Source: an uncultured Planctomycetaceae bacterium (lineage in GTDB: Bacteria; Planctomycetota; Planctomycetia; Planctomycetales; Planctomycetaceae). From it: a DNA stretch of 64,000 nt. Every line of letters starts with the position of its first letter. Within the stretch, counting starts at the first letter, position 1. The position numbers were made by a program, and so were the translations under genes. The notes below the pieces were generated by a model. The model was not told the DNA's origin. It ran no database searches and worked only from the letters and a program-made list of their open reading frames with translations. The stretch spans positions 96,001-160,000 of the forward strand of contig CAWFGE010000021.1 of assembly GCA_963815195.1 (NCBI GenBank), given 5' to 3'. Positions 32,938-42,071 of the stretch are shown here, one piece after another.

Positions 32938-34094
32938 TCCCGCAATCCGCGAAGCCGTTCGACGACCTCGGCGAGATAGCCGATGGCGAACTCGATTTCC
33001 TCGCCGGTGGTGAATCGGCCGAGGCCGAACCGCAGACTGGACCGGGCCAGGTGTTCGCCGCGACCGATCGCGCGGAGCACGTGGCTCGGTTCGGGGTCGG
33101 CGGAGGTGCAGGCCGATCCCGAACTCACCGCGATGTCCTTGAGGTGCGTCAACAGCACATCGCCGTCCACGCCTTCGATGCTGATGTTGAGATTCCCCGC
33201 GAGCCGACGTTCGGGATCGCCGTTTTGATGAATCCCCGAAATCTTCTGCGACAGGCCTTCCCACAAGTGGTCGCGGAGGGATTGGACGCGGACGGATTCT
33301 TCTGCCATGAGCTCGCCCGCCAATTCCAACGCGGCTCCGAAGCCGACGATCAAAGGCACGGGCAGGGTGCCGCTCCTGAGGCCGCGTTCCTGGCCGCCGC
33401 CTTCCAAGAGCGGTTCGAGCCGTAGCCCCCGGCGTTTGCGGTTGATGGATAACGCCCCGATGCCTTTGGGGCCGTAGATCTTGTGGGCGGTGAAGCTCAT
33501 CAGATCGATCGGCCGTTCCGCGAGGTTCATCGGCAGCTTGCCGGCCGCTTGGGCGGCATCGGTATGAAACAACACGCCCCGCTCCCGGCAGAGATTGCCG
33601 ATCGCCTCGATGTTTTGGAGCGTGCCGATTTCGTTGTTCGCCCAACCGACCGAGACCAGCCGGGTTTCCGGGGTCAAACTTTCCGAAAGCTGATCGAGGT
33701 CCACTTCGCCGAACGGGTTCACCGGCAGAACGGTGACGCGGTAACCGGATCGCTCCAACCGCCGGGCCGGGTCGAGCACGGCCCGATGCTCGATCGCGGA
33801 AACGATGAGATGGCTGCCCGGTGGACAGCGGAGCATCACGCCCTTGAGCGCGAGGTTGTTGGCTTCGGTCGCTCCGCTGGTGAACACAATCGACCGCTCG
33901 TCGGTGCCGATCGCGCGGGCCATCTGCGAGCGGGCGTTCTCGACCGCATCGGCGGCGTCCCAGCCGAAGGCGTGGCTGATGCTCGAAGGGTTCCCGTACC
34001 GTTCCGAAAAAAACGGCAGCATCCGCTCGAGCACGCGCGGATCGACCCGCGTCGTCGCATGATTGTCGAGATAAACCGGACGCTCCACAGCCAT
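32934..34094 (-). CDS. iscS: IscS/NifS-type cysteine desulfurase
   Basis: YLDNHATT, YGNPSS, FTSGATEANN, ANNEIG, HTDAAQ, TAHKIYGPKG, RSGT and SSGSAC motifs. Confidence 0.9.
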   Translation of the reverse strand: MAVERPVYLDNHATTRVDPRVLERMLPFFSERYGNPSSISHAFGWDAADAVENARSQMARAIGTDERSIVFTSGATEANNLALKGVMLRCPPGSHLIVSAIEHRAVLDPARRLERSGYRVTVLPVNPFGEVDLDQLSESLTPETRLVSVGWANNEIGTLQNIEAIGNLCRERGVLFHTDAAQAAGKLPMNLAERPIDLMSFTAHKIYGPKGIGALSINRKRRGLRLEPLLEGGGQERGLRSGTLPVPLIVGFGAALELAGELMAEESVRVQSLRDHLWEGLSQKISGIHQNGDPERRLAGNLNISIEGVDGDVLLTHLKDIAVSSGSACTSADPEPSHVLRAIGRGEHLARSSLRFGLGRFTTGEEIEFAIGYLAEVVERLRGLRD

Positions 34095-34221
34095 CACCCA
34101 CCCGTCAAGAACAATTCGCCTTTCCTCCAATCGTAACGGCCGCGGGGCCACAGCCATAGGGTTTTGTTCGGGAAAAAAACGCGCGGGTTTCCCTGAACCC
34201 TGCTCGCGCAAATTCCTCTCC

Positions 34222-34251
34222 TTGACAGTTGAAATTTGGTTCGCGTAACAT
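34222..34251 (+). promoter_or_regulatory. Putative sigma-70 promoter for plsX
   Basis: TTGACA-N18-TAACAT, about 120 bp upstream of plsX. Confidence 0.5.
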
Positions 34252-34372
34252 GCCAGGAGGCTTGTGATTCTACCGCGACAACCCGTCGTTGGGTCGGGAT
34301 TCTTGTCGCGATTCGAGTATTTTCAATGCTTTCCCTCGCCGATCGAGGGAGCCACCTGAAGGATGAAAACGC

Positions 34373-35437
34373 ATGCGGATTGCCTTGGATGCGATGGGCG
34401 GCGATGACGCTCCCCAGCCGAATATCGATGGGTGCTTGACCGCGCTCAGGGCCGATCCGGACCTGGAGGTGTTTCTCGTCGGCGACCAGCCGGTGCTGGA
34501 TTCCTTGATCGAAGCCTCCGGCTATTCGGGCGAACGGCTGAAAATCATCCCGTCCGAAGGCGTGGTGGGCATGGAAGAAAAACCCACCGACGCCCTCCGG
34601 AAAAAACCCAACTCCTCGATCGTCGTCTGCTGGAAATTGATGGCGGGGAAGGAAGTCGATGCGGTGGTCAGTGCGGGAAACACCGGGGCCGTGGTGGCGG
34701 CCGGTTTGCGGACCCGGCTGTTCCTCAGAAACGTGAAACGTCCGGGAATCGCGGTCGCCCTGCCCACGGCGAAGGGGCGATCGATCTTGGTCGATGTGGG
34801 AGCCAACCCCGCCGCCCGGCCGGAGCATCTTTATCAATACGGCGTGATGGGTTCCATCTACGCCCGCGATGTGCTGGGCATTGACAATCCCCGCATCGGC
34901 CTGATGAACATCGGCAGCGAGGAAGGCAAAGGCAACGATCTCTACCGCGAGACGCACAAAGTTCTCTGTGAAAGCCGACTGAAAGACCGCTACATCGGCA
35001 ATGTCGAGGGGCGGGGCCTGTATCAGGGCGAAGCGGATGTCCTCGTCTGCGAAGGGTTTGTGGGGAACGTGGTTCTCAAAGTCAGCGAAGGCATGGCCGA
35101 GTTCATGATGCGGAGCGTCTCGGCGGAGGTGCTTTCCAAGCTCGGCAGCGAACGAGAAGCGGCGGGCCGGGCCTTCGAGGAAATCGGCCGCCGGTATCAA
35201 TACAGCGAAACCGGCGGCGCGCCGCTGTTGGGGATCGACGGCGTATGCACGATCTGCCACGGTTCCTCGAACGCGGTGACGATCACCAACGCCCTCAAAG
35301 GCACCAAAACCTTCAAAGACCGCCACATCAACGCCCAAATCGTCGCGGAGTTGGAAGTGGGTTTCGAACTGAAAGGGCGAGCGGACCAACCTTCGGTCGG
35401 TGCCCGCGTAAGTCCCCTGGTTTCGTGGATCGCTTAA
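34373..35437 (+). CDS. plsX: Phosphate acyltransferase PlsX
   Basis: MRIALDAMGGD, VSAGNTGA, RPGI, DVGAN, NIGSEEGKG, GNVEG, EGFVGNVVLK, GGAPLLG and HGSS motifs. The last ~20 codons run through a repeat, so the true end may be near 35372. Confidence 0.95.
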   Translation: MRIALDAMGGDDAPQPNIDGCLTALRADPDLEVFLVGDQPVLDSLIEASGYSGERLKIIPSEGVVGMEEKPTDALRKKPNSSIVVCWKLMAGKEVDAVVSAGNTGAVVAAGLRTRLFLRNVKRPGIAVALPTAKGRSILVDVGANPAARPEHLYQYGVMGSIYARDVLGIDNPRIGLMNIGSEEGKGNDLYRETHKVLCESRLKDRYIGNVEGRGLYQGEADVLVCEGFVGNVVLKVSEGMAEFMMRSVSAEVLSKLGSEREAAGRAFEEIGRRYQYSETGGAPLLGIDGVCTICHGSSNAVTITNALKGTKTFKDRHINAQIVAELEVGFELKGRADQPSVGARVSPLVSWIA

Positions 35438-35564
35438 AGCCGCGTCAATCCGTAATGAATCAGTCAGCGATGCAATTGCCATTTCTGAAATCGCAGATTT
35501 CTAAACAGTTCGTGAGTGACCAGGGGGCTTACGCGGGCACCGACCGAAGGTTGGTCCGCCCGCC
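35376..35564. repeat. 46-bp inverted repeat pair (2 mismatches) around a 97-bp spacer; REP/MITE-like
   Basis: GGCGAGCGGACCAACCTTCGGTCGGTGCCCGCGTAAGTCCCCTGGT (35376-35421) matches the reverse complement of 35519-35564. Confidence 0.9.
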
Positions 35565-35578
35565 TGAAGGAGTTGTCG

Positions 35579-36481
35579 GTGAGTAAAATAGCATTCCTCT
35601 TCCCCGGCCAGGGGGCTCAGCATGTGGGCATGGGGAAGGACATTGCGGAGAAATATCCCGCGGCCCGCGAGCTTTATAACCAGGCGGCCGAGATCTTGGG
35701 CTACGACCTGGCGAAGCTCTGCTTTCTTGGCCCGGCGGAGGAGTTGGATTCCACGGTCATCAGCCAGCCGGCGATTTTCGTGACGAGTTTGGCTGCGCTC
35801 GAAATGCTCCGGGCGGAATCTCCCGATGCCGTGCTCGCGTGCGAAATGGTGGCGGGGCTGAGCCTGGGCGAATACACGGCCCTCGTGTTTTCCGGGGCGA
35901 TGAGCTTTGAAGATGGCCTCAACGTCGTCAAGCGCCGGGGCGAAGCCATGCAAGCCGCCGCCGACGCCACGCCTTCGGGCATGGTCAGCGCGCTTCTGTT
36001 GGAACGCGATCAGGTGGGGCTGATCTGCAAAGAAGCCAACGCCGCGGGCCCGCTGCATATCGCGAACTATCTCTGCCCGAAAAACATCGTGCTCTCCGGC
36101 GTGAAGGCCGCGTGCGACAAGGCGGTCGCGTTGATCGAAGCCGCCGGCGGCAAAGCGGTGCCCTTGGCGGTCGCGGGGGCGTTTCACACAGACATCATGA
36201 AACCCGCCGACGCCAGGCTCGCGGAAGCCCTGGCGGACGTGGCGATCAAGGAACCGGAAATCCCATTGGTGTCGAACGTGGATGCGTCCGTACACCGCTC
36301 GCCGGACGAAATCCGCGAGCTCCTGGTCCGGCAGGTTGTCAGCCCGGTGTTGTGGGAGGATTCCATGCGGGCGATGCTCGCCGCGGGCATCGATCAGTTT
36401 TACGAAATCGGCCCCGGCCGCGTGCTCGCGGGCTTGCTGAAACGCATCGATCGCAAGATTCCGTGTGAGACAGTGAATTAG
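35579..36481 (+). CDS. fabD: Malonyl CoA-ACP transacylase
   Basis: FLFPGQGAQ, QPAI, AGLSLGEY, RGEAMQ, IANY, AGAFH and EIGPG motifs. GAAGGAG precedes GTG 35579. Confidence 0.96.
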   Translation: MSKIAFLFPGQGAQHVGMGKDIAEKYPAARELYNQAAEILGYDLAKLCFLGPAEELDSTVISQPAIFVTSLAALEMLRAESPDAVLACEMVAGLSLGEYTALVFSGAMSFEDGLNVVKRRGEAMQAAADATPSGMVSALLLERDQVGLICKEANAAGPLHIANYLCPKNIVLSGVKAACDKAVALIEAAGGKAVPLAVAGAFHTDIMKPADARLAEALADVAIKEPEIPLVSNVDASVHRSPDEIRELLVRQVVSPVLWEDSMRAMLAAGIDQFYEIGPGRVLAGLLKRIDRKIPCETVN

Positions 36482-36490
36482 ATTAGACGG

Positions 36491-36583
36491 GGCGAGCGTG
36501 GGGCGTGAGTCCCATGATTACGCTGCAAAAGTGAACGTGTCGATCGTTGAACGAGAACATGGGGCTCGCGCCCCACGCTCGCC
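36491..36583. repeat. 26-bp inverted REP-like pair after fabD
   Basis: GGCGAGCGTGGGGCGTGAGTCCCATG (36491-36516) and CATGGGGCTCGCGCCCCACGCTCGCC (36558-36583). Confidence 0.85.
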
Positions 36584-36914
36584 GAGACGCCAAAAGGACA
36601 AAACACGCCCTGAGAGTTGATTCGTGAGAATCGGTTGTGGTAAAAGAATTTTTCGCGTAGGTTTGATCGATAATCCACGCCCAACTTTTAGAAAACCCGC
36701 GGGACTTGGGACCGAAAGTGACCAAGTTCCTTTTTATCTTGGATTTCGGCACCTGAGTTGCTGATTGCCGTTTACACACAATCCGAAACGGGGTATATCT
36801 GCGGTTGTCCGGGAGTTCTGTCGCAAGGGAGGTTCTCGATGAGATTTTCCTCCATGTGCAGGGGTCCCGGTGGCCAGAATCCCCGCGGATTCATTCTGTC
36901 CGGAGGAAACACAC

Positions 36915-37145
36915 GTGTCTGTCGAAGAGAAAGTGGTCGGAATCGTCAGCGAGCAGCTCTCCGTCCCGAAGGAAGAGATCACCCGGGAAAGTTCGTTCGT
37001 AGATGACCTGAAAGCAGATTCGCTCGATGTCGTCGAATTGGTGATGGAATTCGAAGATGAATTCGAGATTACCATTCCCGATGACGATTATGAAAAGATC
37101 CGCACAGTGGGCGATGCTATCGACTATATTGAAGAGAAGAGCTAA
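36915..37145 (+). CDS. acpP: Acyl carrier protein
   Basis: [18 protein letters not shown] phosphopantetheine motif. GGAGG precedes GTG 36915. Confidence 0.97.
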   Translation: MSVEEKVVGIVSEQLSVPKEEITRESSFVDDLKADSLDVVELVMEFEDEFEITIPDDDYEKIRTVGDAIDYIEEKS

Positions 37146-37148
37146 CGG

Positions 37149-38391
37149 ATGAACAGACGTGTCGTCGTGACCGGCGCTGCGGTCGTGACTGCGCTCGGAT
37201 GTGAATCGAGCGAGTTCTGGGATCGACTTTGTGCCGGGAAAAGCGGCGTGGGCGAGATCCAACGCTTCGATTGCCGAGATTTCAAAGTCAAATTCGCCGG
37301 TGAGATCTCGAAGTTCGAGGCCGTCGACCATTTGGATATCGACTCCAAAGAAGTCAAACGGCAGGACCGCTTCGTGCAGTTCGCGGTCGTGGCGTCGCAT
37401 AAGGCGATTGCCCAATCCGGAATCGATTTTTCCCAAGGCGAGCCTTACCGCTACGGCGTGATGATCGGCAGCGGCATCGGGGGCCTGGGCGAAATCGAGG
37501 AGCAGCACGCCAAGCTGTTCCACCGCGGCCCTTCGCGGGTGTCGCCGTTCATGATCCCCAAACTGATGGTCAACGCCGCGAGCGGAAACGTCTCAGTGCG
37601 GTGGGGTCTCAAAGGTCCCAACAGCGCCGTGGCCACCGCGTGCGCCTCGGCGACCAATGCGATGGGCGACGCCTTCCGCTGGATTCAGCACGGCATCGCC
37701 GATGCGATGATCACCGGGGGCAGCGAAGCCGCCGTCACGCCGATGGGCCTCTCGGGTTTCGCCCGCATGAACGCCCTCTCCACGCGAAACGACGCCCCCG
37801 AACAAGCCAGCCGGCCGTTCGACCGCGACCGCGACGGCTTCGTCCTGGCCGAGGGCGCGGGAGTCGTGGTGATGGAGGAATACGAGCACGCCAAGCGCCG
37901 CGGGCGCCGATCCTCTGCGAGGTCCTGGGCTACGGCATGTCCGCCGACGCCTCGCATATGACCGCTCCCGACCCGCACGGCCGGGGCGCAAGTTGGGCGA
38001 TGCTGGGCGCGATCCGCGATGCGGGGATCAATCTCGACGATGTGGATTACATCAACGCCCACGGCACGAGCACGCCCTTAGGCGACGTGGCCGAGACGAC
38101 CGCGATCAAAAACGTCTTTGGAGCCCATGCGAAAAACCTCGTGGTCTCGAGCACCAAGAGCCAACTCGGCCACCTTTTGGGAGCCTCGGGCGGCGTGGAA
38201 TTTGTGGCCTTGCGCTCGCCCTCCAGAACCAGGTCGTGCCCCCCACGATCAACCTGGACGACCCCGATCCCCAATGCGATCTCGATTACGTGCCCCACGA
38301 AGCCCGCGAGCGGAAACTTCGCTGCGTCCTAAAAAACAGCTTCGGCTTCGGCGGCCACAACGCCTGCCTCGTATTGGGCCGAGCCGCGTAG
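37149..38391 (+). CDS. fabF: Beta-ketoacyl-ACP synthase II (frameshifts near 37905 and 38210)
   Basis: [28 protein letters not shown], then YINAHGTST and [10 protein letters not shown] in a second frame, and NSFGFGGHN in a third. Confidence 0.95.
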
Positions 38392-38433
38392 AAAACCGCG
38401 AACGGATTCCACCGACCGGGTGAACCCTCGCGC

Positions 38434-38479
38434 AATAAAAACCGCACCGGGCGCGCAAAAAAGCTGCGCAGCGGTGCGG
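38434..38479 (-). terminator. Intrinsic terminator for a minus-strand transcript
   Basis: CCGCACCG/CGGTGCGG stem (38442-38449 with 38472-38479) with an inner GCGC stem, followed on the minus strand by TTTTTATT. Confidence 0.7.
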
Positions 38480-38735
38480 CACCGTTCGGATTTTGGGACG
38501 CCTGAACTCTTTCAAGAAGCCAAAAGGCGTCTCGCCGGGTTTCGTTCCTCTTGGAAAGGCGGCCGAAGTCCCCGGCCCGGATATCCGGTCGAGACACCCT
38601 TCGTTGGGGTGAGGACAGTTCTCGATTCCGGGCGACGCCAAAGATTCGCGAATCGTCACTTTGCTGCCCAAACTGCCGCAGCAAAGCGGCCGGCGTCCCG
38701 GAATCCCACGTGAACGTGGAATCCCAAAGTCGAGT
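38434..38735 (-). ncRNA. Candidate ~300-nt multibranched non-coding RNA of unknown family
   Basis: TATAAT on the minus strand at 38747-38742, a closing helix (38489-38498 with 38722-38731) enclosing many nested stems, and a terminator immediately after. No convincing ORF. Confidence 0.55.
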
Positions 38736-38741
38736 GTCTCT

Positions 38742-38747
38742 ATTATA
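38742..38747 (-). promoter_or_regulatory. Consensus -10 box for the candidate ncRNA
   Basis: Perfect TATAAT on the minus strand, a few nt before the 5' strand of the closing helix. The -35 is weak. Confidence 0.5.
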
Positions 38748-39158
38748 CAGGACTTAATTGCGCCACAAGGCTGCGGGATCGCGCAACATCCGCATCCGCT
38801 TGAAGATAAAGCCTCAAGCAACGTTTCTTTTTTGGCCTGTTCCCGGTCGCCGAATGACCAACCAGATTCATCAAAAAATGGGTTCTTCCGGATAATCGGT
38901 GGCAACGACGGCGGTGTGAAAGAATATCTTGTCCGTGCTCTTTCACCTCTTCTTGGGGAGGTCGGACGCGGCAGCGGCCGGGTGGGGCTTCGGCTTCACT
39001 TTTGCTGAAATCCGGAGGTAAAGTTCAAACAGAAGTCTTCCAGGTCTCGCTCGACGATTTGCCCGCATCCCGGCGGGAGCAAATTGCCTGTGCGTCATCC
39101 GCCGGGTATTTTGTTGTCTGTCACCAAAATTCGCAGCGGCCGAAAAACACGTGAGAGC

Positions 39159-42032
39159 ATGGATTTCCCCGATTTGAGGTTCACCAGCGAACTGCGCCCT
39201 TCGCAGCGGGAGATTGTGGAGATTGCCCGCCGGCAACTGGGAAACGGGCAACGGCGGTTGCACGTGGTCGCTCCGCCGGGTTCGGGAAAGACGATTGTCG
39301 GCCTCTATTTGTGGTCGCAGTTCATAAAGAAGCCCGCACTCGTGCTCTCGCCGAACTCCGCCATTCAGTCTCAGTGGGCGGACCGTGTGGAACTGTTTCA
39401 GCCGGACGGTTCCGCAAAGGCGACGCTCGCGACCACCGATTCCGAGACGCCGGGGCTGTTGACTTCGCTCACTTATCAGGCGGTGACGCTTCCTCGAAGT
39501 GGAGGCGACGATCTGGAATCCGCAGCCGTCGCGTTTTGGATCGACCGGCTGATCGAATCCGGACAGGCCGAGGATCCCGGCGAGGCCGCGGTTTGGATTT
39601 CCGATCTGCAAAAACACAATCCCGATTACCATGCCGCGCGTTTGGCCGTCTATTCCAAGCAGGTCCGCGATCAGGCGGCGCTGGACGGGAAGGCGATGGC
39701 GGTGCTGCATCAAAGCGCGCTTCTCGCGCTGGAGCGATTGCGGGACCTGGGCGTCGGCGTGATCATTCTGGATGAATGCCACCATCTCCTCGGACACTGG
39801 GGCCGCGTGCTTGCGGATGCGCACGAGTTTCTCGAACAGCCGGTCGTGATCGGGCTGACCGCGACGCCGCCGGACCGCACCGGCAAAGCGGCCGCGGACA
39901 TTGAACGGTATGACGCGTTTTTCGGCCCGATCGACTATGAGGTGCCTGTCCCCGCCGTCGTCAAAGACGGCTTTCTGGCGCCGTATCAGGATTTGGCTTA
40001 CTTCGTCCGGCCGCAGGCCGCCGAGTTGACGTTCGTTGCCAACACCGACGAGGCATTTCGGCAGATCGTGGAGGACTTGTGCCGCGAACGCCCGCGAGAG
40101 CCGGAGGACGAGGAATTCAATGGATCCGACGCGGCTCCCGGTCAAGCGCTCGAACAAATCCCGGAACCGGCTCCGCCTTTGGTCGATTGGCTCCAAACGG
40201 TTTTGCGCGAACGGCGGTTGCCAATGGGAACCGTGGCAACCTGGCTCGATTTTGAAAAGCGCGATCCGGCGTTCGCCCAGGCCGGCCGCTGGTTTCTGAT
40301 CGGACAGGAAATCGAATTGCCCGACGGCGTGCCCGAACCGGACGAACCGGCGGACGTTTCCGAAATTCCCGAGATCGAAATCCTGGTCCCCGTCCTGGAC
40401 CGCTATGTTCGCCACTGTCTCAGGCGGTCGGCTCATCGGGCGGATCAGGAGCTGGCGAAACAGGCGGTCCGGCGTCTCAGGGTGCTCGGCGTGCAAATCA
40501 CCGAAACGGGCTGCCGGGCCTGCGCTTCACCCGTGGGCCGAGTCTTGGCCTATTCCAAAGCCAAGGCCGAGGCTCTTCTGGCGATTCTTCGCGAGGAACA
40601 GCGGGTGCTGGGCGAACATCTCCGCGCTGTGGTCGTGACAGACTACGAAAGAACCTCGGCGGTCACGGCGGAGATCGATCACCTGCTCGATGCCGAGGCC
40701 GGCGGAGCGGTCGCCGCCTTCAAGATGTTGCTCAGCGCTCCCGAGACCGACGCCCTCAATCCGGTGCTGGTGACCGGTTCCAGCGTATTGGTCGATGACG
40801 ATTTGGCACCCCGGTTGTTTGCGAGAGCCGAAGCGTGGTTGTCCGCGCGGAATGACGATGTGGAGCTGCGTTACGAAATCGAAGAGGGCTTTCATGTGCT
40901 CAACGGTCGCGGCAGGGACTGGTGCCCCCGGGTCTACGTCGGGCTTCTGACCGACCTGTTTCAAGAGGGCGTGACGCGGTGCCTGGTGGGAACCCGCGGG
41001 TTGTTGGGCGAAGGTTGGGACGCCAGCAGAATCAACTGCTTGATCGACTTGACGACCGTCACGACGTCCATGTCGGTCAACCAGTTGCGCGGCCGGTCCA
41101 TTCGGCTGGATCCGGACCGGCCCCAGAAATTGGCGAACAACTGGGACGTGGTCTGCATCGCTCCCGAATTCGCAAAAGGTCTCGACGACTACGACCGCTT
41201 TCGCCGGAAGCACGAAACGATCTTCGGGGTCACGGATGATGGAGCCATCGAGAAAGGCGTCGGCCATGTCCACGCCGCCTTCACATCGATGAAGCCGGAG
41301 GGTTTGGAGCATTCCGTCGCCGCCTTGAACACGGAAATGCTCGAAAGATGCGCCGAGCGCGACAACGCCCGGCGGCTGTGGCGAATCGGCGAACCGTACC
41401 ACGCCGAGCCGATTTCGACTTTGGAGGTTCGCCTGGCCGGAATGACCGGGGGCTTCCCGCCCTTTGGCCGCTTCAAGGAGCCTTGGACGGATCGCTCGCT
41501 GACAATGGCCGTGGGAACGGCGGTCCTGAAGGCACTTGACGAAGCCGGGTTGTTGAAGACGCAGCCGCCGCTGCAAATTCGCGAGCGGGCCGGCGGCTAC
41601 ATGCGGGTGTTCTTACAACAGGCGAACCCAGCGGAAAGCGCCCTCTTCACGAAAGCCTTGCACGAAGCCTTGGGCCCGTTTCGGCAGCCGCGCTACGTCA
41701 TTCCCCGGCACGTCGATCAACGCGAAGCGACGTGGCTCTCGAAGCTGCTTCCGAATATCTTAGGCCGGTATCTCGAGCGCCGCCGGCAGGAGATGGTGAT
41801 GTTGCACGCCGTCCCTTCCGTGCTCGCCAAAAATCGGACGCGCGCGGAGATCTTCCAAAAACATTGGAATCGCCACGTCAGCCCCGGAGAGGTGCTGTTT
41901 GCCCGCCGCGGCCCGGGCGAAGAACTCGTCCGGAAAGCCCGGCGACAAAACCTCATGCCCGCCGCGCTGGGCCACGAGAAGGAAGTCTTTCTCACAATCG
42001 AGCCAACAGATCGCACGGTCTCCGGAGAATAG
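39159..42032 (+). CDS. SF2 DEAD/DEAH-box helicase (ResIII-like N-terminal domain)
   Basis: LRPSQ Q-motif, APPGSGKT, ILDECHH, GLTATP, LLGEGWD and QLRGRSIR motifs. Confidence 0.88.
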   Translation: MDFPDLRFTSELRPSQREIVEIARRQLGNGQRRLHVVAPPGSGKTIVGLYLWSQFIKKPALVLSPNSAIQSQWADRVELFQPDGSAKATLATTDSETPGLLTSLTYQAVTLPRSGGDDLESAAVAFWIDRLIESGQAEDPGEAAVWISDLQKHNPDYHAARLAVYSKQVRDQAALDGKAMAVLHQSALLALERLRDLGVGVIILDECHHLLGHWGRVLADAHEFLEQPVVIGLTATPPDRTGKAAADIERYDAFFGPIDYEVPVPAVVKDGFLAPYQDLAYFVRPQAAELTFVANTDEAFRQIVEDLCRERPREPEDEEFNGSDAAPGQALEQIPEPAPPLVDWLQTVLRERRLPMGTVATWLDFEKRDPAFAQAGRWFLIGQEIELPDGVPEPDEPADVSEIPEIEILVPVLDRYVRHCLRRSAHRADQELAKQAVRRLRVLGVQITETGCRACASPVGRVLAYSKAKAEALLAILREEQRVLGEHLRAVVVTDYERTSAVTAEIDHLLDAEAGGAVAAFKMLLSAPETDALNPVLVTGSSVLVDDDLAPRLFARAEAWLSARNDDVELRYEIEEGFHVLNGRGRDWCPRVYVGLLTDLFQEGVTRCLVGTRGLLGEGWDASRINCLIDLTTVTTSMSVNQLRGRSIRLDPDRPQKLANNWDVVCIAPEFAKGLDDYDRFRRKHETIFGVTDDGAIEKGVGHVHAAFTSMKPEGLEHSVAALNTEMLERCAERDNARRLWRIGEPYHAEPISTLEVRLAGMTGGFPPFGRFKEPWTDRSLTMAVGTAVLKALDEAGLLKTQPPLQIRERAGGYMRVFLQQANPAESALFTKALHEALGPFRQPRYVIPRHVDQREATWLSKLLPNILGRYLERRRQEMVMLHAVPSVLAKNRTRAEIFQKHWNRHVSPGEVLFARRGPGEELVRKARRQNLMPAALGHEKEVFLTIEPTDRTVSGE

Positions 42033-42071
42033 TTGCGCGTCGATGGCCGGAAGGCGATCCGATTTGCCGTT

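Noticed and set aside
31912..34101. 729-aa minus-strand ORF
   Set aside because: An off-frame overlap of iscS and antisense to the EF-hand gene; Arg/Gly-rich with no motifs.
37149..38391. fabF as a pseudogene or programmed frameshift
   Set aside because: All catalytic motifs are intact, there is no obvious slippery site, and similar indels occur throughout the window.
38249..39008. Several ORFs between fabF and the helicase
   Set aside because: No motifs, mutually overlapping, and no clear RBS. The region is better explained by RNA structure, a promoter and a terminator.
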